From positions 672,001 through 736,000 of the forward strand of contig NZ_JAQNDL010000004.1 of assembly GCF_028368995.1 (NCBI RefSeq): a DNA stretch of 64,000 bases. The letters are read 5' to 3'. Positions 9,503 to 21,200 of the stretch are shown piece by piece. The notes under the pieces are model-generated. The model searched no databases and was not told where the DNA came from. It saw only the letters and a program-made list of their open reading frames with translations. A program made the position numbers and the translations under genes. How positions within the stretch are numbered: the stretch's first letter is position 1; each line of letters begins with the position of its first letter. The DNA is from Nannocystis bainbridge (lineage in GTDB: Bacteria > Myxococcota_A > Polyangia > Nannocystales > Nannocystaceae).

Positions 9503-9689
9503 TCGGCTTTCCTGGCGTGGCCGATCTGTCGGGAGAACCCATGAGCGAAGCCTCGACGCAGAAGGTGTCTCTTTTGAGGGCAGCCGTAGGCGCGGCCGTG
9601 CTCGCGGCGTTACTCGTCGGAGTCATCCTCGACGAGCGAGATCCGGCGTCGGTCTTGGCGACATGTAGGATCGGCGAGACATGAGTGAA

Positions 9690-9921
9690 CGGTCGTGGCA
9701 GCGCGCCACAGGTACGGGCGAGCTCCACGTCCTCGCGGGCGTAGATGTCCTCCTGGCGGTGCAACGGGAGGTGGTCTTGCCACCGGCGCACGATCGTGTC
9801 GGCGAGCAGGTCGGGGCCGGCGAGCCCACGCTCGATCGGTCGCTCGGGCGTCTCGGCGATCAGGACCAGGGTGTTCAGCGCCGTGGGATCGGTCACCCTC
9901 CGGACAAACTTCGGCCGCACG
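9690..9921 (-). mobile_element. IS66-family transposase (TnpC) internal remnant
   Basis: RPKFV..PERPIERGLAGPDLLADTIVRRWQDHLPLHRQEDIYAREDVELAR, the typical IS66 DHLPLxRQ motif. Confidence 0.8.
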
Positions 9922-10818
9922 ACGGACGGGCCCAACAACGCCAACACCAACGCGTGCAAGGCCGACTGCAGCAAGCAGGCGTGCGGCGATGGCTTCGTCG
10001 GCCCCGGTGAAGGCTGCGACGACGGCAACCAGAGCAACGCGGACGCGTGCACCAACGTCTGCAAGCCGGCCACCTGCGGCGACGGGTTCGTGCAGGCCGG
10101 CGAGCAGTGCGACCTCGGGCTGCTCAACAGCAACAGCGGGCTGTGCACGCTCGCCTGCAAGAACGCGGTGTGCGGCGACGGCTTCACCCAGCCGGGCGAG
10201 CAGTGCGACGACGCCAACATGAACAACAACGACGCCTGCACCAACACGTGCAAGAACGCGGCGTGCGGCGACGGGTTCGTCCAGCCGGGTGAGCAGTGCG
10301 ACGACGGCAACGCGAGCAACACCGACGGCTGCACCAACGCGTGCAAGCCGGCCACGTGCGGCGACGGGTTCGTCCAGCCCGGCATCGGCGAGACCTGCGA
10401 CGACGCCAACAACATCCCCAACGACGGCTGCAACCCCGGCTGCGGCACGTCCTGCAAGGCCGTCAACGGGCTCAACTGGTGCTACAACCCGACCGCCTGC
10501 GGGCAGCCGTGCGATGCCGTGTGCGCGCACTTCGGGCTCACGCCGCTGGCCGACAAGAACGCGTGGTTCCTGGCCCAGGACACCGAGCCCGAGTGCTAGG
10601 CGCTGGCGAGCGCGTTCGGGCTGAACGGCGTCGCGGTGAACGGCTGGACCTACGCGTGCCTCGAGGACACGTCCGGCGATCACACCAACATGCCGCTGAT
10701 CGGGCCGCTGTACTGCTCGACCTACGCCGGGTGCCCGAACGAGCACCTCATCAACATGGACCAGATCGGGAACGCCTGTAACAACAACGGCCGGCGCTCG
10801 ATCTGCCCGTGCCAGTGA
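9922..10818 (+). pseudogene. DUF4215 (myxococcal Cys-rich repeat) protein, 5'-truncated, with in-frame TAG
   Basis: CGDGFV..GEQCDDGN repeats; no signal peptide or start; TAG at 10597-10599 with the same frame continuing to SICPCQ. Confidence 0.8.
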
Positions 10819-10977
10819 GCGCGCTCGCCGGATGGCTCTCGGGACAGGTAGACCGAGAGCCGTCCGGTGCCTGGACCGCGTGACGCGCGGCCTGCTCGCG
10901 GCTCAGCCGGAGGTCCCATGGGTGCCTCCGGCTGAGCCGTCGACACGCATCATCCGTGGAGCCGCGCGGGCTCGGCG

Positions 10978-12582
10978 TCAGCGCGGGGCCGCGGTGTTCT
11001 GCAGCACGACCACGTGGCTGGCCTGCGGCGCGACGTCGGCGGCCGTGAAGGCGGTGAGCAGCTCGGCGCGCAGCAGCTCGCAGGTGGCGTCGTCGCGGCC
11101 GGGCTTGACGCGGGCGACGCAGCGGACGAGCACGCCGGTGTCTTGCAGGTCCTGGACCACGAATTCGGGGTCGTCGAGGAGGTCGGGGCAGCGCGGGCGG
11201 AGCTCGGCCAGGTGGGCCTTGAAGAGCGCGAGGACGCGGGTGAGGTCGGCGGCGTAGGGCAGGCGGAAGTCGACGATCGCGTTGACGTAGACGCGCGCGT
11301 GGTTGGCGATGCTGCGGACCTCGCCGTTGGGGATGCAGTGGAGCACGCCGGCCTCGTCGCGGAGCTTGAGCACGCGGACCCCGATCTCCTCGACGTTGCC
11401 GACCACGTCGCCGACGCGCACGCGGTCGCCGACGAGGAACAGGCCCTCGAACAGGATGAAGAAGCCGGACACGACGTCGCCGACGAACGCCTGCGCGCCG
11501 AGGCCGACGGCCAGCCCGAGCAGGCCGGCGCCGGCGAGGATCGGCGAGGTGTCGAGGCCGAGCTCCTGCAGCGCCATCACCGTCATGCAGAAGTAGATGG
11601 CGTAGCGGAGGATGCTGCTGGCGACCGGGACGAGGGTGAGGCGCTGCTGGTTCTCGGCCTCGCTGCGCTTGTCCGGATCGGCCAGCAGCAGCTCGCGCAC
11701 CAGCAGCTCGAACACCTCGATCAGCACCCGGCCGGCGTACACGAGGGCGATGATGCGGATGCCGACGAGGCCGAACTCCGACAGCCGGCCGCCGGGGTTG
11801 ATCTGATCGAAGATCCAGGTGGCGGCGCCGACGAAGAAGAAGTAGTCGAGCGTGCGCTTGGTGATGCCCGCGAGGTGCTCGAGCCGACCGACGTAGCGCA
11901 GGGTGCGGTGGCCCTCGCGGCCGCGCGCGAACTGAAACACGACGTCGACCGCCAGGTGGGCGATGACGATCATCGTCCGCGCGATCAGCACGCCGAGCGC
12001 GACCACCGTGACGACGTGCAGCGCTCGCACGATCAGCTCCGGCGGAGGTGCGAGCGCGACGCACAGGCCCGCGGCCGCCAGCGCGATGCCCCAGCGCAGG
12101 GCGATCAGCAGGCGCTCGAGCAGGACGGCGAGCTGGGCGTCGTGCTGCGCGAACGCGGGGTTGCGGCGCAGGCCGGCGATCAAGTAGTGGGCGACGACCT
12201 TGAAGAATCGATAGACGAGGTAGGCGGCGAGCGCGACGCCGACGACGCTCAGGGCCCGCTGCAGCGCCGCCATCGGATCGCGGAGGAGCGCGACCTGGGC
12301 CCACGCCCACAGCCGCGGCGCGCAGTCGATGTCGTACATCGTCAGCGCGACGCCCCCCACGATCAGCGCGATGGCGACCACGGTGGCGACGACGACGATC
12401 GCCCGCGACACGCGGCTCGCCAGCGAGGCGGCCAGGGTGTCGTGATTGGGAGCGCGGACCAGCCGCAGCGCGACCCGCAGCAGGCGACCGGACTGGCGCG
12501 ACACGATCAGGGCCGCGAGGACCACGAGCAGGAGCGCGGCGCCGAATACGAGCGCGTTATTCAACAGCGTTGCAGCGTCCAT
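10978..12582 (-). CDS. MscS-family mechanosensitive channel
   Basis: Multiple TM helices; ILAGAGLLGLAVGLGAQAFVGDVVSGFFILFE..VGDRV..IPNG. Confidence 0.9.
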   Translation of the reverse strand: MDAATLLNNALVFGAALLLVVLAALIVSRQSGRLLRVALRLVRAPNHDTLAASLASRVSRAIVVVATVVAIALIVGGVALTMYDIDCAPRLWAWAQVALLRDPMAALQRALSVVGVALAAYLVYRFFKVVAHYLIAGLRRNPAFAQHDAQLAVLLERLLIALRWGIALAAAGLCVALAPPPELIVRALHVVTVVALGVLIARTMIVIAHLAVDVVFQFARGREGHRTLRYVGRLEHLAGITKRTLDYFFFVGAATWIFDQINPGGRLSEFGLVGIRIIALVYAGRVLIEVFELLVRELLLADPDKRSEAENQQRLTLVPVASSILRYAIYFCMTVMALQELGLDTSPILAGAGLLGLAVGLGAQAFVGDVVSGFFILFEGLFLVGDRVRVGDVVGNVEEIGVRVLKLRDEAGVLHCIPNGEVRSIANHARVYVNAIVDFRLPYAADLTRVLALFKAHLAELRPRCPDLLDDPEFVVQDLQDTGVLVRCVARVKPGRDDATCELLRAELLTAFTAADVAPQASHVVVLQNTAAPR

Positions 12583-12824
12583 CGACGCGACATTGTGGAT
12601 CACGAGCGGCGGCCTCGTCGAGTCCTCGGGTGCGCCCAGTGTGCCATAGCGATCGGCGAGGAACACAAACGCCCATTGACAATCGTGACAGGTGTCGGCA
12701 GTGGGCGCCCGCTGGGCGCCCGCCCGGCCGGACCGGGCGCCCACGCCGATTGTGCCACGCAGACGGCCATTGCGTGAGGATATCTGGCGATCGGCCGCTC
12801 GCATCCGCGCCGCTTGTTTTTACG

Positions 12825-12853
12825 TTGACAGCGTATTTCTGACCCGGTAGAGC
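12825..12853 (+). promoter_or_regulatory. Possible sigma70 promoter of the encapsulin-geosmin operon
   Basis: Perfect TTGACA, 17-bp spacer, weak -10 TAGAGC, T-rich upstream tract. Confidence 0.4.
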
Positions 12854-13037
12854 TCGCCGCGAAAATTCCAATCAACATACTCCGCGCGCGGTTACGGACG
12901 CGCCGGAAATGTCACGAGTCCGAACGGTTCTCGTGACCGACGAATGACGAGCCCCCGGGGGTCGAGCCCGGGAATGGCGCGTCTGTTCGGCGGTGCGGGC
13001 CAATCGTCACAATTGAGAAAGACCTCGAGGTTACGTC

Positions 13038-14435
13038 ATGTCGAATGCTCAGAAACCCGGTGATTTTGGCTCGCAGACCAGCCTGGCGACCGCAGCAGCG
13101 CGCAATTTGGCGACGACGACCAAGTCGGAGCCGCAGATGCAAGGCATCAGCTCGCGGTGGCTGCTCAAGCTGCTGCCGTGGGTGCGCGCCGCGGGCGGCG
13201 TCTACCGCGTCAACCGCCGCCTCAGCTACGCGATCGGCGACGGTCGCCTCAGCTTCACCAACGTCGGCGCCAAGGTGTCGGTGGTCCCGCAGGAGCTGAG
13301 CGAGCTGCCGCTGCTGCGCGGCTTCGACGACGTCGAGGTGCTCGCGGCCCTGGCCGGCAAGTTCGTCCAGCGCGAGTACAAGGCCGGCGAGTTGCTGGTC
13401 GAGGCCGGCAAGCCCGCCGACCAAGTGTTCCTGATCGCCCACGGTAAGGTCAACAAGCTCGGCACCGGCAAGTACGGCGACGAGACCGTGCTGGCGGTGC
13501 TGGCCGACGGCGCCCACTTCGGCGACCAGAACCTGGTCGAGGAGAACGACACGTGGGGCTTCACCGTCAAGGCGGTGACCCGCGTCATCGCCCTGACGCT
13601 GCCCGAGAAGGCGCTCGCCGACGCGGTCGAGCAGTCGCCGGCGCTGCGCGCCCAGGTCGAGAAGTTCAAGGCCAACCGCGGCAAGCCGCAGAGCGGCCAG
13701 GGCGAGGCCGAGATCGCGCTGGCCTCCGGCCACCGCGGCGAGGTGGCGCTGCCGGGCACGTTCGTCGACTACGAGCTGTCGCCGCGGGAGTACGAGCTCA
13801 GCGTGGCCCAGACGGTGCTGCAGGTGCACTCCCGCGTCGCCGATCTCTACAACGAGCCGATGAACCAGACGCAGCAGCAGCTGCGCCTGACCATCGAGGC
13901 GCTGCGCGAGCGGCAAGAGCACGAGATGATCAACAGCCCCGAGTTCGGCCTGCTCCACAACGCCGACCTCAAGCAGCGCATCCACACCCGTTCGGGCCCG
14001 CCGACCCCGGACGACCTCGACGAGCTGCTGGCGCTGGTGTGGAAGGAGCCGACGGCGTTCCTGGCCCACCCGCGCACCATCGCGGCGTTCGGCCAGGAGT
14101 GCAGCAAGCGCGGCATCTACCCGCACCCCGTCGAGTTCGCGGGGCATCACATCCCGGCGTGGCGCGGCGTGCCGATCCTGCCGTGCAACAAGATCCCGGT
14201 GACCGACACCCGCACCAGCTCGATCCTGCTGCTGCGCGCCGGCGAGAAGAACCAGGGCGTCATCGGCCTCCACCAGCCGGGCATCCCCGACGAGGTCGAG
14301 CCGAGCCTGTCGGTGCGGTTCATGGGCATCAACGAGAAGGCGATCATCTCGTACCTCGTCAGCGCCTACTACTCGGCCGCCGTGCTGGTGCCCGACGCGC
14401 TGGCGGTGCTCGAGGACGCGGAGATCGGTCGCTGA
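13038..14435 (+). CDS. Family 2B encapsulin shell protein with cNMP-binding insertion (EshA/Cnb-like), copy 1
   Basis: [67 protein letters not shown]. Confidence 0.92.
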   Translation: MSNAQKPGDFGSQTSLATAAARNLATTTKSEPQMQGISSRWLLKLLPWVRAAGGVYRVNRRLSYAIGDGRLSFTNVGAKVSVVPQELSELPLLRGFDDVEVLAALAGKFVQREYKAGELLVEAGKPADQVFLIAHGKVNKLGTGKYGDETVLAVLADGAHFGDQNLVEENDTWGFTVKAVTRVIALTLPEKALADAVEQSPALRAQVEKFKANRGKPQSGQGEAEIALASGHRGEVALPGTFVDYELSPREYELSVAQTVLQVHSRVADLYNEPMNQTQQQLRLTIEALRERQEHEMINSPEFGLLHNADLKQRIHTRSGPPTPDDLDELLALVWKEPTAFLAHPRTIAAFGQECSKRGIYPHPVEFAGHHIPAWRGVPILPCNKIPVTDTRTSSILLLRAGEKNQGVIGLHQPGIPDEVEPSLSVRFMGINEKAIISYLVSAYYSAAVLVPDALAVLEDAEIGR

Positions 14436-14471
14436 GGCGGCCGCGGAGCTGAGTCGTAGAGGAGACCGGTC

Positions 14472-15869
14472 ATGTCGGACACGTCGAACCCGAGAGATGA
14501 TGCGCAGACGAGCCTCGCCACGGCGGCGGCTCGCAACCTGGCGACGACCACCAAGTCGGCGCCGCAGATGGCGGGCCAGAGCCCGCGCTGGCTGCTGCGC
14601 CTGCTCCCGTGGGTCGACGTGCCCGGCGGGACCTACCGCGTCAATCGTCGCCTGACCTACGCGGTCGGCGACGGGCGCGTCGGATTTACCAGCGTCGGGC
14701 CGCGCGTGCAGGTCATCCCGCGCGAGCTGACCGAGCTGCCGCTGCTGCGCGGCTTCGAGGACGACGAGGTGCTGTCGGCGCTCGCCGATCGCTTCGTCCA
14801 GCACGAGGTCGCCGCCGGCGAGGTCATCGTCGCCGCCGGCGCGCCCGCCGATCGCGTGGTGCTGCTGGCGCACGGCAAGGCGCGCAAGCTCGGCCCCGGC
14901 AAGTACGACGATTCGCTGGTGCTCGGGCAGCTCGTCGACGGCGATCACTTCGGCGACGAAGGCCTGGTCGCGCGCGGCGACGCGTGGCCGTACACGGTGC
15001 AGGCGGTCACGCGCTGCGTGGTCCTGACGCTGTCGGAGCAGGTGCTGACGCGGGCGATCGCCGACTCCCCGGCGCTCGCCGCACACGTCGAGGCCTACGC
15101 GCGCCGACGCGCGCAGCCGCAGGACAAGAGCGGGCAGCAGGCGATAGCGATGTCCGCCGGGCACAGCGGTGAAGCGACGCTGCCGATCAGCTACGTCGAT
15201 TACGAGCTGCGCCCGCGCGAGTACGAGCTCTCGCTCGTGCAGACGATCTTGCGCGTACACACCCGCGTGGCTGACCTCTATAGTGAGCCGATGGATCAGA
15301 CGCAGGAGCAGCTGCGCCTCACGATCGCGGCGGTGCGCGAGCAGCAGGAGCACGAGCTGCTGAACCACCGCGAGTTCGGGCTGCTGCACAACGTCGACCT
15401 CAAGCAGCGGATCCCGACCCGCAGCGGGCCGCCGACGCCCGAGGACCTCGACGAGCTGCTGTGCCGTCGGCGCTCGACCCGGTTCTTCCTGGCCCACCCG
15501 CGCACGATCGCCGCGTTCGCCCGCGAGTGCACGCGCCGCGGGATCTACCCGCAGACGCTGGCGCTCGAGGGCAGCGCGATGCTCGGCTGGCGCGGGGTCC
15601 CGATCGTGCCGAGCGACAAGATGCCGATCTCCCGCGAGGGCACCAGCGCGATCCTGGCGATGCGCGTCGGCGCCGAGTCGCAGGGCGTGATCGGGCTGCA
15701 CCAGACCGGCATCCCCGACGAGGTCGAGCCGAGCCTTTCGGTGCGCTCGATCGGGGTCGACGACCGCGCGGTCCACGAATACCTGATCACTGCGTACTTC
15801 TCGGCGGCGGTGCTGGTGCCCGACGCGCTGGGGATGCTCGAAGACGTGGCGATCGGTCGCCAGGAGTAG
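14472..15869 (+). CDS. Family 2B encapsulin shell protein, copy 2
   Basis: Same motifs and length (465 aa) as the upstream paralog. Confidence 0.92.
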   Translation: MSDTSNPRDDAQTSLATAAARNLATTTKSAPQMAGQSPRWLLRLLPWVDVPGGTYRVNRRLTYAVGDGRVGFTSVGPRVQVIPRELTELPLLRGFEDDEVLSALADRFVQHEVAAGEVIVAAGAPADRVVLLAHGKARKLGPGKYDDSLVLGQLVDGDHFGDEGLVARGDAWPYTVQAVTRCVVLTLSEQVLTRAIADSPALAAHVEAYARRRAQPQDKSGQQAIAMSAGHSGEATLPISYVDYELRPREYELSLVQTILRVHTRVADLYSEPMDQTQEQLRLTIAAVREQQEHELLNHREFGLLHNVDLKQRIPTRSGPPTPEDLDELLCRRRSTRFFLAHPRTIAAFARECTRRGIYPQTLALEGSAMLGWRGVPIVPSDKMPISREGTSAILAMRVGAESQGVIGLHQTGIPDEVEPSLSVRSIGVDDRAVHEYLITAYFSAAVLVPDALGMLEDVAIGRQE

Positions 15870-18224
<2,355 letters not shown>

Positions 18225-18297
18225 CCGGCCTCACTTCGGGCGCCAGAACGCCGGCGGCGCCGGCGTCTGGCCCTTCGCCTGCGGCAAGATTTCGTCG

Positions 18298-19392
18298 TCA
18301 GCGCGGCGCGGTGGCCTGCGCGGCCTCGATCTCGGCGTGGATCGCGGGCGCGTGGAGCCGGGTCCACTCGAGCACGGCGCGCAGCTGGACGCCGTAGTTC
18401 TCGGTGCGCACCGCGACGCCGTCGAGCTTGATCGTCGCGCCGGGGAGCTCGCGGTGGCCGCGGTGCAAGGCGACGACGCCCCACTCGTCGTCGCACACCG
18501 GCGAGCCGGAGGCGCCGCTGCGGGTGTCGGTGAGATAGCTGAGCCAGTGGCTGTCGCCGTGCACGACGAAGTTGTTGCGCAGGCCGATCCGCATCGGCTC
18601 GCCGTCGGGGTGCTGCAGGACGTTGACGCACTCCGCCAGCGGGGTGTCGCGGGTGCGCTCGAGCGGGCGCACTCGCAGGCGCAGCGGCGGACGGTCGACG
18701 GGCCCCAGCCGCAGCAGCGCGAAGTCGAGTTCGGCGTCGGCGGCGACGACCTCGAGCACACCGACCGATTCGAAGGGAGCGTCGGGGGCGAGGTAGTCGA
18801 ATTGCAGGACGGTCCCGCGGGCCTGCAGCGCGAAGTCAGTGGCGGTGATCGTCTCGCCGTCCTGGCGCGCGGCGATGACGTGATGGTTGGTGATGCCGAG
18901 GTTGGGCGCGATCAGCCAGCCGGTGCCGGTCGAAACCTCGGGGCTCTCGTCGGCCTGGTAGCGCGGCTTGTCGCCGAAGTGACGGTGGACCAAAACCTTG
19001 GCCACCGACTTGGCCGCCTCGGCGCCGCGGACGAGGAAGCGGGCGGAGATGGTGTGATCGCGCCGGGTCGACAGGGCCTCGAGGTGGAGGCGCGAGAGCT
19101 GCTCGGGCGAGGTCCAGGCGTAGGGCTTGGGCTGGGACCACTCGGCCGCGACGGCCTGGATCTCGGCGCTGCGGCGCGGTCGCTCGGCGCACAGAGCGGC
19201 GAAGAAGCGGGCGTCGACGAGCTGACGGCGCTCGAGCAGTTCGCACGCGGCCTCGACGAGCTGCACGGGCGGAACGTTGGCGCCGGGCAGGGCGAGGATC
19301 ACCTCGTCGCCGAAGCCGTAGCGCAGGAATCGCCGCAGCTCGTCGGCGCTGAACATGCTGAGCAAGAGGCGCTCCAACCGTTGTGTTCGCAT
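18298..19392 (-). CDS. Effector-associated-domain (EAD-like) protein fused to a trypsin-like serine protease
   Basis: N-terminal helical ~85 aa (LLLSMFSADELRRFL..FFAALCAERPRRSAEI); triad TNHHV / DFALL / GASGSP. Confidence 0.8.
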   Translation of the reverse strand: MRTQRLERLLLSMFSADELRRFLRYGFGDEVILALPGANVPPVQLVEAACELLERRQLVDARFFAALCAERPRRSAEIQAVAAEWSQPKPYAWTSPEQLSRLHLEALSTRRDHTISARFLVRGAEAAKSVAKVLVHRHFGDKPRYQADESPEVSTGTGWLIAPNLGITNHHVIAARQDGETITATDFALQARGTVLQFDYLAPDAPFESVGVLEVVAADAELDFALLRLGPVDRPPLRLRVRPLERTRDTPLAECVNVLQHPDGEPMRIGLRNNFVVHGDSHWLSYLTDTRSGASGSPVCDDEWGVVALHRGHRELPGATIKLDGVAVRTENYGVQLRAVLEWTRLHAPAIHAEIEAAQATAPR

Positions 19393-19445
19393 GGCGGTGT
19401 TCGGCTCGAAGGATCAAGGCGAGGATGGCGGGTTTCGGTCAGGCA

Positions 19446-21200
19446 TCACTCGGGTTCGGGCGCGCCGAGGCGGACCTCGAGGGTGATCGGGACGACGATG
19501 CGCAGGCTGTCGGTGGTGGTCGTTGCGGTGGTGGGGGCGAGCTGCACGCGACGTCGCGGTCGCGCGGGGGCGGCGGTCGTGTCGGCGATCCGCCGGCGCA
19601 GGGCCATGGAGGCGTGGCGCGGGACGGCCGGCAGCGGTGATTCGCCGAGGACCGCGTCGACCAAAGCGCGACGATAAACAGGGTCGACGACGAGCTGCTG
19701 CAAGACCTCGACGCCGAGGCCCGGGGCGGCGGTCGTGAGGTCCTCGCGGGCGCCGGCGCCGAGCAGGTGGGCGACGCCGAGGCGGACGCGCTGCTCGACG
19801 CTGCGGGTCTGCGCGTGCGCCGAGACGATGGCCTCGTGCGGGCCCGTGCGACCGCGTGCGCGCTCCAGGGCGAGGGGCAACAAGGCGTCGACGAGCATCG
19901 CTTCGGGGGCGGCCGGCGGCGTGGCGCCTGGGGCCTCCTCGCCGAGCGGCAGCGGGGCCTGCAGCAGGGCCGCGCAGTCGAGCAGGCCGGCGCCGAACCA
20001 CGCCCGCGGGAACGGGCCGGGATCGAGGGCGTCGCGGGTCGAGCCGGCGAGCGCGCGGCGAAACGCCTGCGGCAGCGCGGCGCCGGGGTAGCGCTGGCGC
20101 AGCGCGACGGGGTCGTGCCGGGCCAGCCACAGCGCGGCGGCCGAGGCGACCAGGGCGGTCGCGTAGGAGGTGCCGCTGCTGATCCGCGTCACGGCGTCGC
20201 CGTCGCGCCAGTCGGCGACGAGCATGCGGTGGCCAGGGGCCGTCAGGGCGACGCTCGGGCCCTTCGACGAGTCACTCCATACCTGTCCTTTAGGACCGGT
20301 GGCCGCGACGGCGAGCACCTCGGGATAGGCGGCCGGCCAGACCACGAACTGCACGTGGTTGCCGGCGGCGGCGACGACGATGACGCCGCGCGCGTGGGCC
20401 CGCTCGACCGCGCGGCGCAGGCGAGCGCCAGGCAGGCCGCCGAGGCTGAGCGAGACGACGTGACAGCCGCGCGCGACCGCGTGGTCGATGGCCTGGGCCA
20501 GGCGCGCGTGCCAGGTGAGGATGACGACCGAGTCGGTGACGCGGATCGGCACGAGCTCGGCGGCGGGCGCGAGGCCGACGACGCGGTGCGGCAGCCGTTC
20601 GCGGCCGACCATGAGGCTGCTGGTCGCGGTGCCGTGGCCGGGTTGGCCCACTGGCGCGAGCGGATCGATCGGCGGGCTGCCGGGCTCCATCAGGTTCAGG
20701 CCCTGGTCGTGCAAGACGGCCGCGCCGGCGAGGCTGGGGTGCTCGGTGGTGCCGCTGTCGGGGTGACCGATCCGCACACCGTGGCCGTGGCCGTGCTGCC
20801 AGGCGCGCTCGGCCCCGATCTCGGCCAGATGCCAGCGCGGCGGGGGGTTGATGGAGAGCTCGGTGCCGGGGGCCTCGCGCACTTCGGCGGCGATCCGGGC
20901 GTCGATCTCGGTCAACGCGTGATCGAGCTCGGCCTCGGCGATAGCGGCGAGCTCGGGGCGAGCGGCCAGCGCTTCGGTCAGCGCGTGGGCGGCGTTCCAG
21001 CCGCGGCGCAGGTCGGTGCCGGCGGGCGCGAGCACCTCGATCAGCCGCCGCGGCTCGCCGGGGTCGGCGGGGCCGCGGACGCGCCAGCCGCGAGCGGCGA
21101 GGCCCGCGGTCTGCACGGCGTGCTCGACGGCGGCGGCGGCGTGGGCGGCGGTGTCGGCGGTGAGCTCGACGACGACGCTGCGGGTGTTCGGCGGGTTCAT
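19446..21200 (-). CDS. S8 subtilase-family peptidase, no signal peptide
   Basis: GHPDSG (D), GHGTAT (H), AAAGN, SGTSYAT (S); ATG overlaps the upstream stop (ATGA). Confidence 0.9.
   Translation of the reverse strand: MNPPNTRSVVVELTADTAAHAAAAVEHAVQTAGLAARGWRVRGPADPGEPRRLIEVLAPAGTDLRRGWNAAHALTEALAARPELAAIAEAELDHALTEIDARIAAEVREAPGTELSINPPPRWHLAEIGAERAWQHGHGHGVRIGHPDSGTTEHPSLAGAAVLHDQGLNLMEPGSPPIDPLAPVGQPGHGTATSSLMVGRERLPHRVVGLAPAAELVPIRVTDSVVILTWHARLAQAIDHAVARGCHVVSLSLGGLPGARLRRAVERAHARGVIVVAAAGNHVQFVVWPAAYPEVLAVAATGPKGQVWSDSSKGPSVALTAPGHRMLVADWRDGDAVTRISSGTSYATALVASAAALWLARHDPVALRQRYPGAALPQAFRRALAGSTRDALDPGPFPRAWFGAGLLDCAALLQAPLPLGEEAPGATPPAAPEAMLVDALLPLALERARGRTGPHEAIVSAHAQTRSVEQRVRLGVAHLLGAGAREDLTTAAPGLGVEVLQQLVVDPVYRRALVDAVLGESPLPAVPRHASMALRRRIADTTAAPARPRRRVQLAPTTATTTTDSLRIVVPITLEVRLGAPEPE

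Noticed and set aside
10597-10599. Pyrrolysine or programmed readthrough at the in-frame TAG
   Set aside because: The gene is also 5'-truncated by an IS remnant and no pyl genes are seen; a nonsense mutation is simpler.
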